Shown: in pieces, positions 41,337 through 51,434 of the stretch
Position numbering within the stretch: position 1 is the stretch's first letter
Layout of the letters: every line of letters starts with the position of its first letter
Source of the DNA: Elainellaceae cyanobacterium
GTDB lineage: Bacteria; Cyanobacteriota; Cyanobacteriia; CAZCXK01
Direction: 5' to 3'
DNA length: 64,000 nt
Assembly: GCA_051117555.1 (NCBI GenBank)
Contig: JBNPEG010000013.1
Span: 22,454 to 86,453 of the forward strand
Notes under the pieces: generated by a model
Seen by the model: the letters and a program-made list of their open reading frames with translations, nothing else
The model's database searches: none
Told to the model about the DNA's origin: nothing
Translations under genes and position numbers: made by a program

Positions 41337-43892
41337 TTAACGACATTCACCGAGTTGGGATGCAGTCAGATTTGGGTTAGGCAATACAAGTGGAGACACT
41401 TGAGTTTCTTGAATCCACCCAACATCACCGGGTTCTAATAATCGAGGTGATAAAGGAACTGAAGCACTTGGATTGGGTTCTGGAGAATCGGACGAGGATG
41501 ACACACTATTGTCAGGAACATCTGTCAAACCCGGGACAGAGCATACTTTCAGACGAACCCATCGCCCTTGCTCTTGAAATTCCTGCTTTCCTAATACCTG
41601 TAAAATACTCCCTGCTGGAATCGTACCCGCAACGAGAATCTCACGATTATCTACCGAATCGCCAGACTGGGATGGCAATGAATTGGTCGCATTGGGAGAA
41701 ATTGGGCGCCTCGAATGAGATGCCGATTCGCTCGGTGCTGCGGGAAATGAGCGATCGCCAGGATGGGGAACCAATTGCAATGGCTGGTCTAATGTTAAAT
41801 CATCTGCCCCGGTTGATCGGCTCACCTGGATTAGAGAACCGACATCAATAGAGATAGGACTGACAGTGGGGCTGGGATCAGAATCAGGCGGTAGTGTAAC
41901 CTCTGATACTGGGTCTTGAGAGATCTGACGGATATTAAATAATGAGCTGAGCCGATTGCCCAACGAGGGGATCAAGAGATAAATCAATGTTCCGCCCAAC
42001 CCCACCAGTAGAATAATTCCAAGCAGCAGGGGAGCGACTCGTTGCCGTCTAGATGGCGTCGATGAAATCACTTGAGTAGTGTCTGCAGACGAAACGGGCT
42101 CTTTAGTCGGAGACTCGGATTGAAACTCGGTTTGAGCAGATGGAGGCGATTGAATTTGGGTGGGCTGGGATGCCTGCACCCGAGTTTGGGGTGAGACGGA
42201 CGTTGGCTGACCAACCTGGTCAGACGGAAGGGCGATCGCCCGCGTTTGCCTCGGTTGATAGTAAATCAGCCCGACCGTGACATTATCGTAGCCATTGTGG
42301 GTATTGGCGATCGCAATCAGCTGTTGAGCGACGTCAGCCAAATTATATTTGTTCTCAATCGCAGGCAAAATAACGGTTTCCCAGAATGTCTCGACGCGAT
42401 CGTTATCGCTTAGACCATCTGAACAAAAGAGAAAAATGCTGTCTTCATCAACCAGGAAACGTTGAACCGTTGGATGGAGTGAAACAGATGGCCCCATTCC
42501 CAGCGCCTGCACTAGTGATCCTGAGCTGGGGTGCTGGAGGGCGCTACGGTAGGTGTTGTAGCCCAGTCGAACCTCTCGGGAGGCAATGTCATCATCCTGA
42601 GTAATCTGATGACATCCCCGGTGAGTAATCCAGTAGGCTCGACTGTCGCCGATATGGGTGACATACAGCTCAGACCCCAACATCAAACCCATGACAAGGG
42701 TTGTTCCCATCCGCTCTCGCTCGCGTCGATGCTGCGCGTCGTTATGTTGGCTAATCAAGTCATTCGCCACGCACACGCTCGTCGACAACTCTAGCTGCAG
42801 TTGATCGGAGGCTAAGGTTTCAAATTCAATGTGCTCTAGGCGCTGTTTGATCGACTCAATTGCCAAGTGGGAGGCTACGTCTCCGCCTTGATGCCCGCCA
42901 ATGCCGTCACACACAATCAGAAAAGCGTCTTCATGACTGACATCAGAGCGATCGCTAATTGAATATGTCTTTTGGGTGCCACTTGGGGGGTAACATGCGT
43001 CCTCATTTTGGTGGCGACTTGGGCCCTGATCGGTATAGCTGACAACCTCTACCTGTTGAGATTGAGACTGTTCTGCAATCCTCACCGCCTGATCGAGTCG
43101 ATCGATCAATTGCTCAGGCTGATGAATTTGCCCTCGGATCATCAGTTGGCAAAGCGAGATTAAAAACGATGAAATCTCAGGCTCAGCGTCTTTTGCCAAG
43201 CTCAACCAGCGATGCCCAAGTTGGTCTAGGGACGGAGCCGGATTGCCCATATCGGATCGCAGTTCGAGCAATCGGACAATGGATCCCTCAACTCGCAATA
43301 AATCTGGAATTAGAACACTCGATGCCGCCTGTTCGTCAATGAGAGGTTGCCATAATCGGGCAATTTGCCAGAGCCAGTTTAATTGACGCATTGCGGAGGC
43401 GCTTAGCCACGCATCAACCAGAGACGGCAGACATTGCACATCCGATGTGCGGGATTTTGACACGCTGGTAGTATCTGAGTCGTCAAATCTCTGATGCTGT
43501 GTTGATGGCTGAGTAGACTTAGATAAACTCTCTGCAATAGGGGCATGCTCCAAGACGATAATCTCACCCGCTGCGTCTGATTCAGATTCGATTGGGATGG
43601 CTCCATATATCTGAGGAACATGTAATTGGTAGGGAGAGAGCCGCAAATATGGAAGCAGAGCATAAGAGATTTCACGGGGCTCATCCGGTGGTAACCCCGG
43701 TTTAGTATCCAAAAAAATGCGATCGCCCTTATACAAATAGCGATTTAAAAAAATTTCACCAGCAGCACACGCCCTTCCCTCCAAATTGAGCGCCCAAAGG
43801 TATCGCTTCACGAGAGGGGTTTGACATTTTTGACAGAATCTGCTGCTCTCTGAGTTAGGAGCTTGGCACGTATAGTTAGAACAATAGAGCAT
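41337..43892 (-). CDS. Multi-domain PPM/PP2C Ser/Thr phosphatase: N-terminal double CxxC zinc ribbon, unknown middle domain, PP2C, one TM, C-terminal SH3-like domain
   Basis: CSNYTCQ...CQKCQT zinc ribbon. PP2C motifs DGIGGHQGG, HIGDSRAYW and SDGLSDN. TM LLLGIILLVGLGGTLIYLLI. Confidence 0.75.
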   Translation of the reverse strand: MLYCSNYTCQAPNSESSRFCQKCQTPLVKRYLWALNLEGRACAAGEIFLNRYLYKGDRIFLDTKPGLPPDEPREISYALLPYLRLSPYQLHVPQIYGAIPIESESDAAGEIIVLEHAPIAESLSKSTQPSTQHQRFDDSDTTSVSKSRTSDVQCLPSLVDAWLSASAMRQLNWLWQIARLWQPLIDEQAASSVLIPDLLRVEGSIVRLLELRSDMGNPAPSLDQLGHRWLSLAKDAEPEISSFLISLCQLMIRGQIHQPEQLIDRLDQAVRIAEQSQSQQVEVVSYTDQGPSRHQNEDACYPPSGTQKTYSISDRSDVSHEDAFLIVCDGIGGHQGGDVASHLAIESIKQRLEHIEFETLASDQLQLELSTSVCVANDLISQHNDAQHRRERERMGTTLVMGLMLGSELYVTHIGDSRAYWITHRGCHQITQDDDIASREVRLGYNTYRSALQHPSSGSLVQALGMGPSVSLHPTVQRFLVDEDSIFLFCSDGLSDNDRVETFWETVILPAIENKYNLADVAQQLIAIANTHNGYDNVTVGLIYYQPRQTRAIALPSDQVGQPTSVSPQTRVQASQPTQIQSPPSAQTEFQSESPTKEPVSSADTTQVISSTPSRRQRVAPLLLGIILLVGLGGTLIYLLIPSLGNRLSSLFNIRQISQDPVSEVTLPPDSDPSPTVSPISIDVGSLIQVSRSTGADDLTLDQPLQLVPHPGDRSFPAAPSESASHSRRPISPNATNSLPSQSGDSVDNREILVAGTIPAGSILQVLGKQEFQEQGRWVRLKVCSVPGLTDVPDNSVSSSSDSPEPNPSASVPLSPRLLEPGDVGWIQETQVSPLVLPNPNLTASQLGECR

Positions 43893-44198
43893 GGCTGTGG
43901 CACTTTGCCTGAAGCCAGAAATATAAGGGGGATGGTTTTACCAGAATAGCTTAGTAGACTACCTGTATAGAACTATTGCTCCCAAATCAACCAATCAATT
44001 TGAAGCGGCTGCCCTTTCAACCATAGAATCCATCAAGCGTCGGGGCTGGTTAACGGGCACAGTCCCAGACACGGATTGCAAATTCCCCTATCTGGCCATT
44101 TGCAGACTGAGATGCTTCTCAGACTTAAGTGGCGATTTTGAACATAATCTCTCCAAACAAGTTCTCCAGGTTGATCAGAAGAGCATCTCAAAAGATCG

Positions 44199-44552
44199 TT
44201 ATTCTAAGTGGGAATCGTCACTACCTGAAACGCGAGGTAATCCAAAGCTGTAATTGCGGACTCTACTCTTTAGGTTATAAGCCAGCTTCCCATCATGGAG
44301 GAGCGATCGCACGAAGTGTTCTAAATCTGAACCAATCCTGCGCAAGTTGTAGTCAGTTAGTTCAGCACCTTCATAGATATCAACAAGCTCGTCAAACTTT
44401 CGGTAAACGTCTTGAAGAGCCTCATCGTTCCAATTCAACTCATTATCTGGATCAACATCTAGGGTTAGCTTATCTACGCTAGGAACGAGCTCATCTTTCT
44501 CAAGCTCAGCGCTATAAAGGCGGATATGACGGGTTGTAGACTTGAGCAGCAT
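44199..44552 (-). CDS. Hypothetical acidic protein upstream of PP2C gene
   Basis: 117 aa. No known family. Chosen over the overlapping + strand ORF on composition. Confidence 0.4.
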   Translation of the reverse strand: MLLKSTTRHIRLYSAELEKDELVPSVDKLTLDVDPDNELNWNDEALQDVYRKFDELVDIYEGAELTDYNLRRIGSDLEHFVRSLLHDGKLAYNLKSRVRNYSFGLPRVSGSDDSHLE

Positions 44553-44983
44553 ATAAGTATCGAGAGGAATACGGCAGCTAAAATCTTATTGTATAGGCTT
44601 ATTGAGGCGATCGCGCTCGTCTAGGCATTCTCCACTCGTTAGTATTTCTAATTGTCTAGATTAGGACTCACGAAACTGGCAATGCACCCCTTATTCCCCT
44701 TTCAACTCCTTGGGTGATCCATAAGACGTAATGCAATCTATCAGAAATCAACATTGAGCCTATTCATTTAGCCGTCTCAGTTCAACGATTCGATGAAAGC
44801 GCCAAGGTTCTCAGTCAACTCACTCTCATTCGGTTTGCTTCAGGAACTCAGCGTGCTCAAATTAAATCTAGTTAGACTAAAGATGCTGAGGTTCATCAAT
44901 ACCACAAACTTTGGCAAGCTTTCTCATAGAGAAAGTCAAGTTCCAGCAGTTCTTAAGACTAAGCTAGTTGCAGCGGTGCAAAG

Positions 44984-45676
44984 ATGAGCTCAAAAAATTT
45001 ACCTCGAATTGCCAAGGGTGCACTCGCTATCGCGATGCTCTTGATGCTGTTTTCTCTATGGCGCAATGCGTCTCGCCTTATGGGAAATTTCAGCTCGGTG
45101 TTCAATCTACAGACATCTGAGCCAGCCATTGATCCGCGATCGCTCGTCATCGACCAGGTTCGAGGTGTGAGTGAGCTGACAACGGCTGTTTATGCAATGG
45201 AATCGGTTGTTCCCGCAAGTCGCGATCGCACCCTCGGAAATTACGTAATCGGTCGCACCACACTGCTTTACATTGCCTATGGAGAGGTTCGGGCAGGAGT
45301 TGATCTCAGTGAAATTAATGATGGAGATATCCAAATCAATGACGAAGCACTTGCCCTACGCCTTCCTCCGCCCGAAATCTTAGACAGCAAAATCGATGTT
45401 AACCGCTCCCGAGTCTATGATTATGATCGCGGATTTCTTGGGCTAGGCCCCGATTCAGCGCCTCAGCTCCAAGAACTTGCACAACGCGAAACACTCCAGC
45501 GTATCGTCGAAGCTGCGTGTGATAATGGGGTTCTCGGTGAAGCAAATGAACGTGCCGAATCCGTCGTTACCCAACTTTTGACAACTGCTGGTTATCAAAC
45601 GATCACAATCGAAACTCAACCTCCCCCCCCTGATACCTGTGAAGTTTCTGGTTCTGTTGCGTTAGATAGCCAGTAA
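44984..45676 (+). CDS. DUF4230-family membrane-anchored protein
   Basis: 230 aa. N-terminal TM. Assigned from memory of the family only. PPPP near the C-terminus. Confidence 0.5.
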   Translation: MSSKNLPRIAKGALAIAMLLMLFSLWRNASRLMGNFSSVFNLQTSEPAIDPRSLVIDQVRGVSELTTAVYAMESVVPASRDRTLGNYVIGRTTLLYIAYGEVRAGVDLSEINDGDIQINDEALALRLPPPEILDSKIDVNRSRVYDYDRGFLGLGPDSAPQLQELAQRETLQRIVEAACDNGVLGEANERAESVVTQLLTTAGYQTITIETQPPPPDTCEVSGSVALDSQ

Positions 45677-45953
45677 ATGTCTATAGCACTCTATATGCGC
45701 AATACCCTAGCTTTGTAGAGATTTAAAGAACTGAATACAGTAATTTTTAATGGCATCAAGTGCGGGATTGATAGCGCAGGGAGCATGGACTCAAACCATC
45801 CTACTCAACTTGAGCAAACGCTACTACATAGTAAAAATACGGATGTTTTTCCTAATAGTTTAAGGGATTAAAAAATAGAAAAAATACTGAGATTATTAAG
45901 ACATTTGATGGGCATTCTGAAGCTGTGTAATAGAGCAGCAGAGGAATGAGTTC

Positions 45954-48728
45954 ATGCCTAGAGATCGTGCAAAAAATTTCCTAAAACGAGCAAAAAAAGT
46001 TACTCTAAATAATTCTTCAAGCAGATTCAAAGACTTCATTGGCGATGGAGATGATGACGATTTGTATCGGGTTAGAGTAACAAATCGCAGCAGTTTTGAC
46101 CTTAAACTTTCCGGACTAAAGTCCAATGCTGATGTTGAAATCTACACATTAAAAGGCTCGAGGCGGAAAGTCCTTAGACAGATTGGTACAACAGATTTTA
46201 GCGATTTATCCAAGCAAGATATTCGAAAAAATCTTCAGATGCTGACTCGTTCTCGCAAAGGCGGTAAGCGAAACGAAGCCGTTTCAACCGAACTCGATGC
46301 AGGTGAATATTATGTTCGGGTTAAGCCTCGCAACAGTAAGCGTCACAGTACGAAATATCAATTGCTCTTATCTGCCGAGGATATCGTTGTCCCCGCACCC
46401 ATTGGGGGGAGCAACCTCCCTGATGGGACGACTACTCCTGATGTCACCGCTCCTCCAACTAGCTCACCCCCCCCTGCCACATCTCCTACTGACACGGGTA
46501 TCACCGTTCCACCGTCTGATGGAAACAACACGCCTTTAGACGCTCAGTTGATTCAGGTTGACTTTAGAACTAGACAATATACAGGATATGTCGGAGACAC
46601 GGATACGGATGACTATTTCAAATTTTCACTTCAAAATGGTGGAGATTTTACTCTGACCATGTTTGGCTTGAGCGCTGATGCGGACGTCGAATTGCTAGGC
46701 AGTGACGGTCAAATTCTCTCCCTTGATACTCAAAACCGTTCAGCACTTTCAGCGCTCATCGGCACTAACAATGAGACGATTAACTATCGTTTGGATGTCG
46801 GCGGAGATTATCTCATCCGAGTTTATCAAGGGATTGCAGGGCAAAATACCGATTACACGTTTGATGTCGCAGTTGTTCCAGGCCCTGATGGTGCAGGAAA
46901 TACCCCTGAAACTGCCCGTGTTCTGCGCGGCACCGATGGGGAAAGGGGGTTTGTCAACGAGTTCCAAAATACAACACTCACTGAGTTTAAACGCTTTTCA
47001 GATTTTGTGGGAGGAGCTGATTTAGCTGACTACTACAAAATTACGTTTGAAGCAAACGATTTCTTCTTGAGCCTCGATTTGAATGACCTGCAAGCTGATC
47101 TCGATATCGAACTCCTTGTAGAAAAAGGCGGTACGTTGCAAGCGGTTGCGAACGGTAAGTCTGAGAGGTCAGGCACAGCATCAGAAGCATTTGGTGGAAG
47201 CTTTGCACCTGGAACTTACTATCTAAAGGTGGCACCCAAGAGCGGAAATCCTGATATTGGCTCTTTTTACAATCTAGACATATCGGGCGTGTTGCTTGAT
47301 GGCATCCCCGCTTTGACGCGCGATATCAAAATTGATACATCAGGATCAAGCAGCCCCTCATCCGACGTCAGAGAGATTACCGGTGTTACCAGCGGTGAGG
47401 TTTATTTCGTTGCGAATGACGGCTCCGGTGAGGCAATTTGGGTGAGCGACGGAACGTTTGATACAACGAATAAGTTAGACACAGGTGGCAAAACCTTCAC
47501 CCAAATCTCAAACTTAACAGATGTTGGTGGCGTTATTTTCTTTGCAGCCGATGGTGGGGATGGCAATGGCGTCGAGCTTTGGCAGGTTGACGGTGGTGCA
47601 ATCAGTCTAGTTGCCAATATCAACGAAAATACGGCGACTACCGGCGGTAATGCATCGTTTATCTCCTCTAACCCAAGAAATCTTGCTAATTTCAACGGTA
47701 CGCTGTACTTTATAGCTGCATCTGATGGGGTCAATGAACAGCTCTATAAGTACGCACCGAGCGATGCAGCCCCGCAAGCCATTACGACTCAAGATGTCTC
47801 AAGCGTTGCTGAACTCACTGATTTTGATGGCACGCTTTACTTCACGGCGACTAATAATATCAATGGACTTCAGCTTTATCGTATCAATAGCAGTGGTGCT
47901 GCTGAAATCGTCGATATCCCCGTTCCGACCAGCCAAGGAGATCCGAGTACCTTTCCGACAGACTTGACAGTCGTTGAAAAAGTGGTCGGAGGAGCTGTTG
48001 AAAAAACTCTCTACTTCACGGCGGTTGGTAATTCGGGTGGTACTGACACAGGACGCGAAATCTGGAAGATTACCAGTCCTACTGGCACTGCTCAGATGGT
48101 GGAAGAAATTCGTTCTGGATTTGAAAGTGCTGAACCGATGGAGCTAATCGCGTTGAACGATACGCTATTCTTCGTGGCTCAACGCTCTGCTGGTGGTAAT
48201 CAAACCGAGCTTTGGAAGCTAGAGGGAGATACTCCCGTGATGGTGACGAATAGCACTGGAGTAGTAGGCTATCAACCTGACCAACTGACTGTTGTTGGCA
48301 ACACGCTGTATTTCACGGCTGAAGACAGCAATGGCCGCGAACTCTGGAAAACTGATGGAACGACCTTTTCCCAGGTTTTGGATATTAATCTAGGTTCTGG
48401 CAGTTCGACGCCACAAAACCTCATTGCTGTAGGCGATACCCTATACTTCACCGCAGATAATGGCGTCACGGATGGACCGGATGCGATTGGGCGCGAACTC
48501 TGGAAGACAGACGGAACAGCAGAAAACACTGTCAATGTTGATGACATTTGGGTTGGTACTCAAAGCTCGATTCCGAGCAATCCAGAGTTTGTCAACGTTA
48601 ATGGACGACTCTTCTTTACGGCGAGTAACGGTAACGAAACGGTAACTACAATGGTTAACGGACAAGATGTTGTTGTTGGGAAGGGGGTTGAGCTATGGGT
48701 TGTCGGTCAGGAGATTCCTGCCTTATAA
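45954..48728 (+). CDS. Large repeat protein: four PPC (pre-peptidase C-terminal) domains followed by about seven ELWxxDGT repeats; no signal peptide
   Basis: 924 aa. SD gaggaa 7 nt upstream of ATG. Repeated D(Y)YKF...ADLD(V/I)ELL PPC units. RELWKTDGT, TELWKLEGDT and VELWQVDGG repeats (TIGR04534-like). Confidence 0.7.
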   Translation: MPRDRAKNFLKRAKKVTLNNSSSRFKDFIGDGDDDDLYRVRVTNRSSFDLKLSGLKSNADVEIYTLKGSRRKVLRQIGTTDFSDLSKQDIRKNLQMLTRSRKGGKRNEAVSTELDAGEYYVRVKPRNSKRHSTKYQLLLSAEDIVVPAPIGGSNLPDGTTTPDVTAPPTSSPPPATSPTDTGITVPPSDGNNTPLDAQLIQVDFRTRQYTGYVGDTDTDDYFKFSLQNGGDFTLTMFGLSADADVELLGSDGQILSLDTQNRSALSALIGTNNETINYRLDVGGDYLIRVYQGIAGQNTDYTFDVAVVPGPDGAGNTPETARVLRGTDGERGFVNEFQNTTLTEFKRFSDFVGGADLADYYKITFEANDFFLSLDLNDLQADLDIELLVEKGGTLQAVANGKSERSGTASEAFGGSFAPGTYYLKVAPKSGNPDIGSFYNLDISGVLLDGIPALTRDIKIDTSGSSSPSSDVREITGVTSGEVYFVANDGSGEAIWVSDGTFDTTNKLDTGGKTFTQISNLTDVGGVIFFAADGGDGNGVELWQVDGGAISLVANINENTATTGGNASFISSNPRNLANFNGTLYFIAASDGVNEQLYKYAPSDAAPQAITTQDVSSVAELTDFDGTLYFTATNNINGLQLYRINSSGAAEIVDIPVPTSQGDPSTFPTDLTVVEKVVGGAVEKTLYFTAVGNSGGTDTGREIWKITSPTGTAQMVEEIRSGFESAEPMELIALNDTLFFVAQRSAGGNQTELWKLEGDTPVMVTNSTGVVGYQPDQLTVVGNTLYFTAEDSNGRELWKTDGTTFSQVLDINLGSGSSTPQNLIAVGDTLYFTADNGVTDGPDAIGRELWKTDGTAENTVNVDDIWVGTQSSIPSNPEFVNVNGRLFFTASNGNETVTTMVNGQDVVVGKGVELWVVGQEIPAL

Positions 48729-48860
48729 CCAGTAGCGATATCAGCACAATCTAGGACACAAAACAGCGATCGCCCCGAATATAAGGGCGATCGCTGTTTT
48801 ATTAACCATCAGGATAGTCAATCTTAGCTATCCGGTTACGCATTTTCTTTGCGGAGGTTC

Positions 48861-50069
48861 TCAATGATGATGATCATGAGGGTGACCATCATGATGATGG
48901 TGATGACCATGCCCATGGTCATGCGTGTGAATGGCACGAGGTTGAACTGTTGCAAGCTGCGGATTGACCACCATCGCTTGCTCATTTAGCAAGTCGGCAA
49001 TATGTGTATTTGCCCAATCTGCCGCCATTTTGAGAAATTCAGGATGGTCATTCACACAGGGCATTTGCACATAGGTCACATCGGGTCGTTGACGCTGAAG
49101 GCTACCCATAATGTGCTCAACATCGAGCAGCGTTTCATGATTTTCGGTTGCAAACCCAATTGGCATAAAGACAAGCGCAGTTGCACCTAAATCCATTAGG
49201 TTCTTCCCGGCCAATTCAGCATTCGGCTGAGTCCATTTGATTAGCGGAGTTTGGTGATTGAGCCAGCCTACTGAGATTAGGGGAAAACGATAGATGAGAC
49301 GTTCTCGAACTCGTTCATAAAGAGCTTGACTCTCCGTGATGCCAGACGTAAAGCCCTTCGCCTCATGAGGACAGCCATGATTCATTAACACGATGCCAAT
49401 CTGAGACGGAAGATGAGCAACTGCAAGATCCTGCTTGATTTTGTCTTCAACCATTTGGGCGACAAGGCCAATATAAGCTTCCTCGTCATAGAAAGACGGG
49501 ATGTAGCGTATACCCTTTACCCAATGCTCAGTTCCCTCGGCAAGCTCTGACAACGCAGCGTTAACTTGCTCGACTGCAATACCGCTCGTGAAAATTGAAT
49601 CGACGACAAGGAGTGGATAAATCAACAATTTATCGAACCCTTGCGCTTTAATCTCGGCAAGCACCTGATCAGGAAGATGCGGTGCGCAGAAGTTAAATGC
49701 CTTAAATACTTTGACGCGATCGCCCCACACCGATTGCAAATTTTGTTCGATCCCAGCACGTTGCTGTTCAAAGATTGCGTTATGAGGAGAAATAAAATTT
49801 CCGTGCTGGTGACTCCATTCATGGAGATCAAACTTAGCTAGAAGCTTGGCCAGAGGCGGATAAATCCAAGTTGGAACGGGAGCAAATTTCGCAGTCAGCA
49901 AGTTGAGCGCCTGCTCATTATAGTTCGCAAAGTCTTCGTAGCTCTCAACCTCGCCATACCCCATCAGCAAAACCGCTACTCGGTCATCCGTAGATCCAGA
50001 ATTAGGGGTTTGAGCAGAATTGGGATTTTGATCTAAAGACTTCTCAGGGGTCGCAACCACGCTTTGCAC
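48861..50069 (-). CDS. Ferrochelatase-family (class II) chelatase with poly-His C-terminal tail
   Basis: 402 aa. LLMGYGEVES and IGFATENHETLLDVEH blocks resemble HemH/CbiK. C-terminal HTHDHGHGHHHHHDGHPHDHHH. Confidence 0.6.
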   Translation of the reverse strand: MQSVVATPEKSLDQNPNSAQTPNSGSTDDRVAVLLMGYGEVESYEDFANYNEQALNLLTAKFAPVPTWIYPPLAKLLAKFDLHEWSHQHGNFISPHNAIFEQQRAGIEQNLQSVWGDRVKVFKAFNFCAPHLPDQVLAEIKAQGFDKLLIYPLLVVDSIFTSGIAVEQVNAALSELAEGTEHWVKGIRYIPSFYDEEAYIGLVAQMVEDKIKQDLAVAHLPSQIGIVLMNHGCPHEAKGFTSGITESQALYERVRERLIYRFPLISVGWLNHQTPLIKWTQPNAELAGKNLMDLGATALVFMPIGFATENHETLLDVEHIMGSLQRQRPDVTYVQMPCVNDHPEFLKMAADWANTHIADLLNEQAMVVNPQLATVQPRAIHTHDHGHGHHHHHDGHPHDHHH

Positions 50070-50382
50070 CTCGGTATTCAGTCGAATAATGTTCTTTTCA
50101 ATAACGTCAGGACGTTGTAGTCATCTAGCTAGGCAGTTCGCTAAGTCATGCACGTTGACCTGCATATTGAATAGCGTTCGACATGAGCGTATCAGCACTA
50201 TGACGAATTTGACTACTATGGCCCTCTGTCATCTCACATAGGATAACATCCCCCCAATAGGGATGTGGGCAAAATCTAGATGGAAAAAGCTTTAGAAAAG
50301 ACAAAATGTATGACTAAGAACTTTTTCTCGTTACGATAACGCCGACCGAGGCCGATATTTTACAGTCAATCGCCTGCTCAGG

Positions 50383-51189
50383 CTATAGAACTAAAGACAT
50401 AGCTGGCTCTGCGATTAACACATTGCGAGCGGCAGACAACAAATCTTTATGGATGCGAGTCGGATGAAATCTAGACAAATACGCTTTGCTACGGATACCG
50501 CAGGTTAAGGCAAACGTGGGAATTTCGTGAGCTTGCCCCGCTAGAACATCTGCCTCGGTATCGCCAATCATCCAACATTGTCCTTGTGCCGTAGATACGC
50601 CGTGGTGGGCGATCGCCGTTTCGAGTAGGTGAGTTTTGTGCGTTGCACAATTCTGATAAGCAGATTTGCGATCTTGAGACCCATAGACGCCTGCAAAGAG
50701 ATGCAACAAACCATGGTGTTCTAGTAAACAATTCAACTGGGTTTGATGACGTAGGCTAACTAGTATCAGCTTGACATGATGCATATAAAGAAGCTCAAGC
50801 GCGCGCCTCACACCTGGCTGTAACTGGTCTTGATGAAGCAAACTCGGTTGATTCACAATCGCTTGAACTTTCTCAAGAAATATATCAATCTGACTGCCTT
50901 GCAGCCCTGAATGCGCTGCAATATCAGAATCTGGGATGCGATTGCACTTCATTTGCCAAAACTGATGTTTTGTAAGGCGATGCAGCGATCGCCCCTGATG
51001 CTGACTTTGAAGTACCGAGTTCACGTGATCTAATGCCGAGCAGTAGGTACTGTAGTATCGTTCAGAAACGTCGACAATCGGCCCATCGAAGTCGCAAAAA
51101 ACGGTGCGTGGACTCTCTGTCCGCAAGGGAGCATTGCTCTGATAGCTCTTACGGCGTTCTAGATAGTGACATGCTGCGGCGTTGAGCAT
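50383..51189 (-). CDS. HAD-superfamily hydrolase
   Basis: FCDFDGPIVD motif I. GDTEADV motif IV. Confidence 0.7.
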   Translation of the reverse strand: MLNAAACHYLERRKSYQSNAPLRTESPRTVFCDFDGPIVDVSERYYSTYCSALDHVNSVLQSQHQGRSLHRLTKHQFWQMKCNRIPDSDIAAHSGLQGSQIDIFLEKVQAIVNQPSLLHQDQLQPGVRRALELLYMHHVKLILVSLRHQTQLNCLLEHHGLLHLFAGVYGSQDRKSAYQNCATHKTHLLETAIAHHGVSTAQGQCWMIGDTEADVLAGQAHEIPTFALTCGIRSKAYLSRFHPTRIHKDLLSAARNVLIAEPAMSLVL

Positions 51190-51434
51190 TGTAGGAAAGA
51201 TTTAGAAATAATTAAGTGCGTAATTCTTCTTTACATTAAAGAATTAACCAATAAGTCGTCAATGATTTGAGGCTGCTAAACAGTTAGAAAAACTTATATA
51301 TATAATCGGTTTATCAGACGTTGTGTCGTCGAGCAACGAATATATAGCGGTAGGTGCTTGGGTCAAGTGCCCAAGGGGCTGTGGCGGTTGCTATCAGTAT
51401 GAAACGTCATGAAACGTCTCGCAGCCGATACTCT

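Noticed and set aside
41390-43163. Plus-strand ORFs (41390..41851, 42531..42794 and others) inside the PP2C gene
   Set aside because: Antisense to a gene with complete PP2C motifs. No family resemblance.
44129-44482. 117-aa plus-strand ORF opposite 44199..44552
   Set aside because: It overlaps the minus-strand ORF almost entirely. The minus-strand translation is more protein-like and is co-oriented with the downstream PP2C operon. Neither has family support, so confidence is low.
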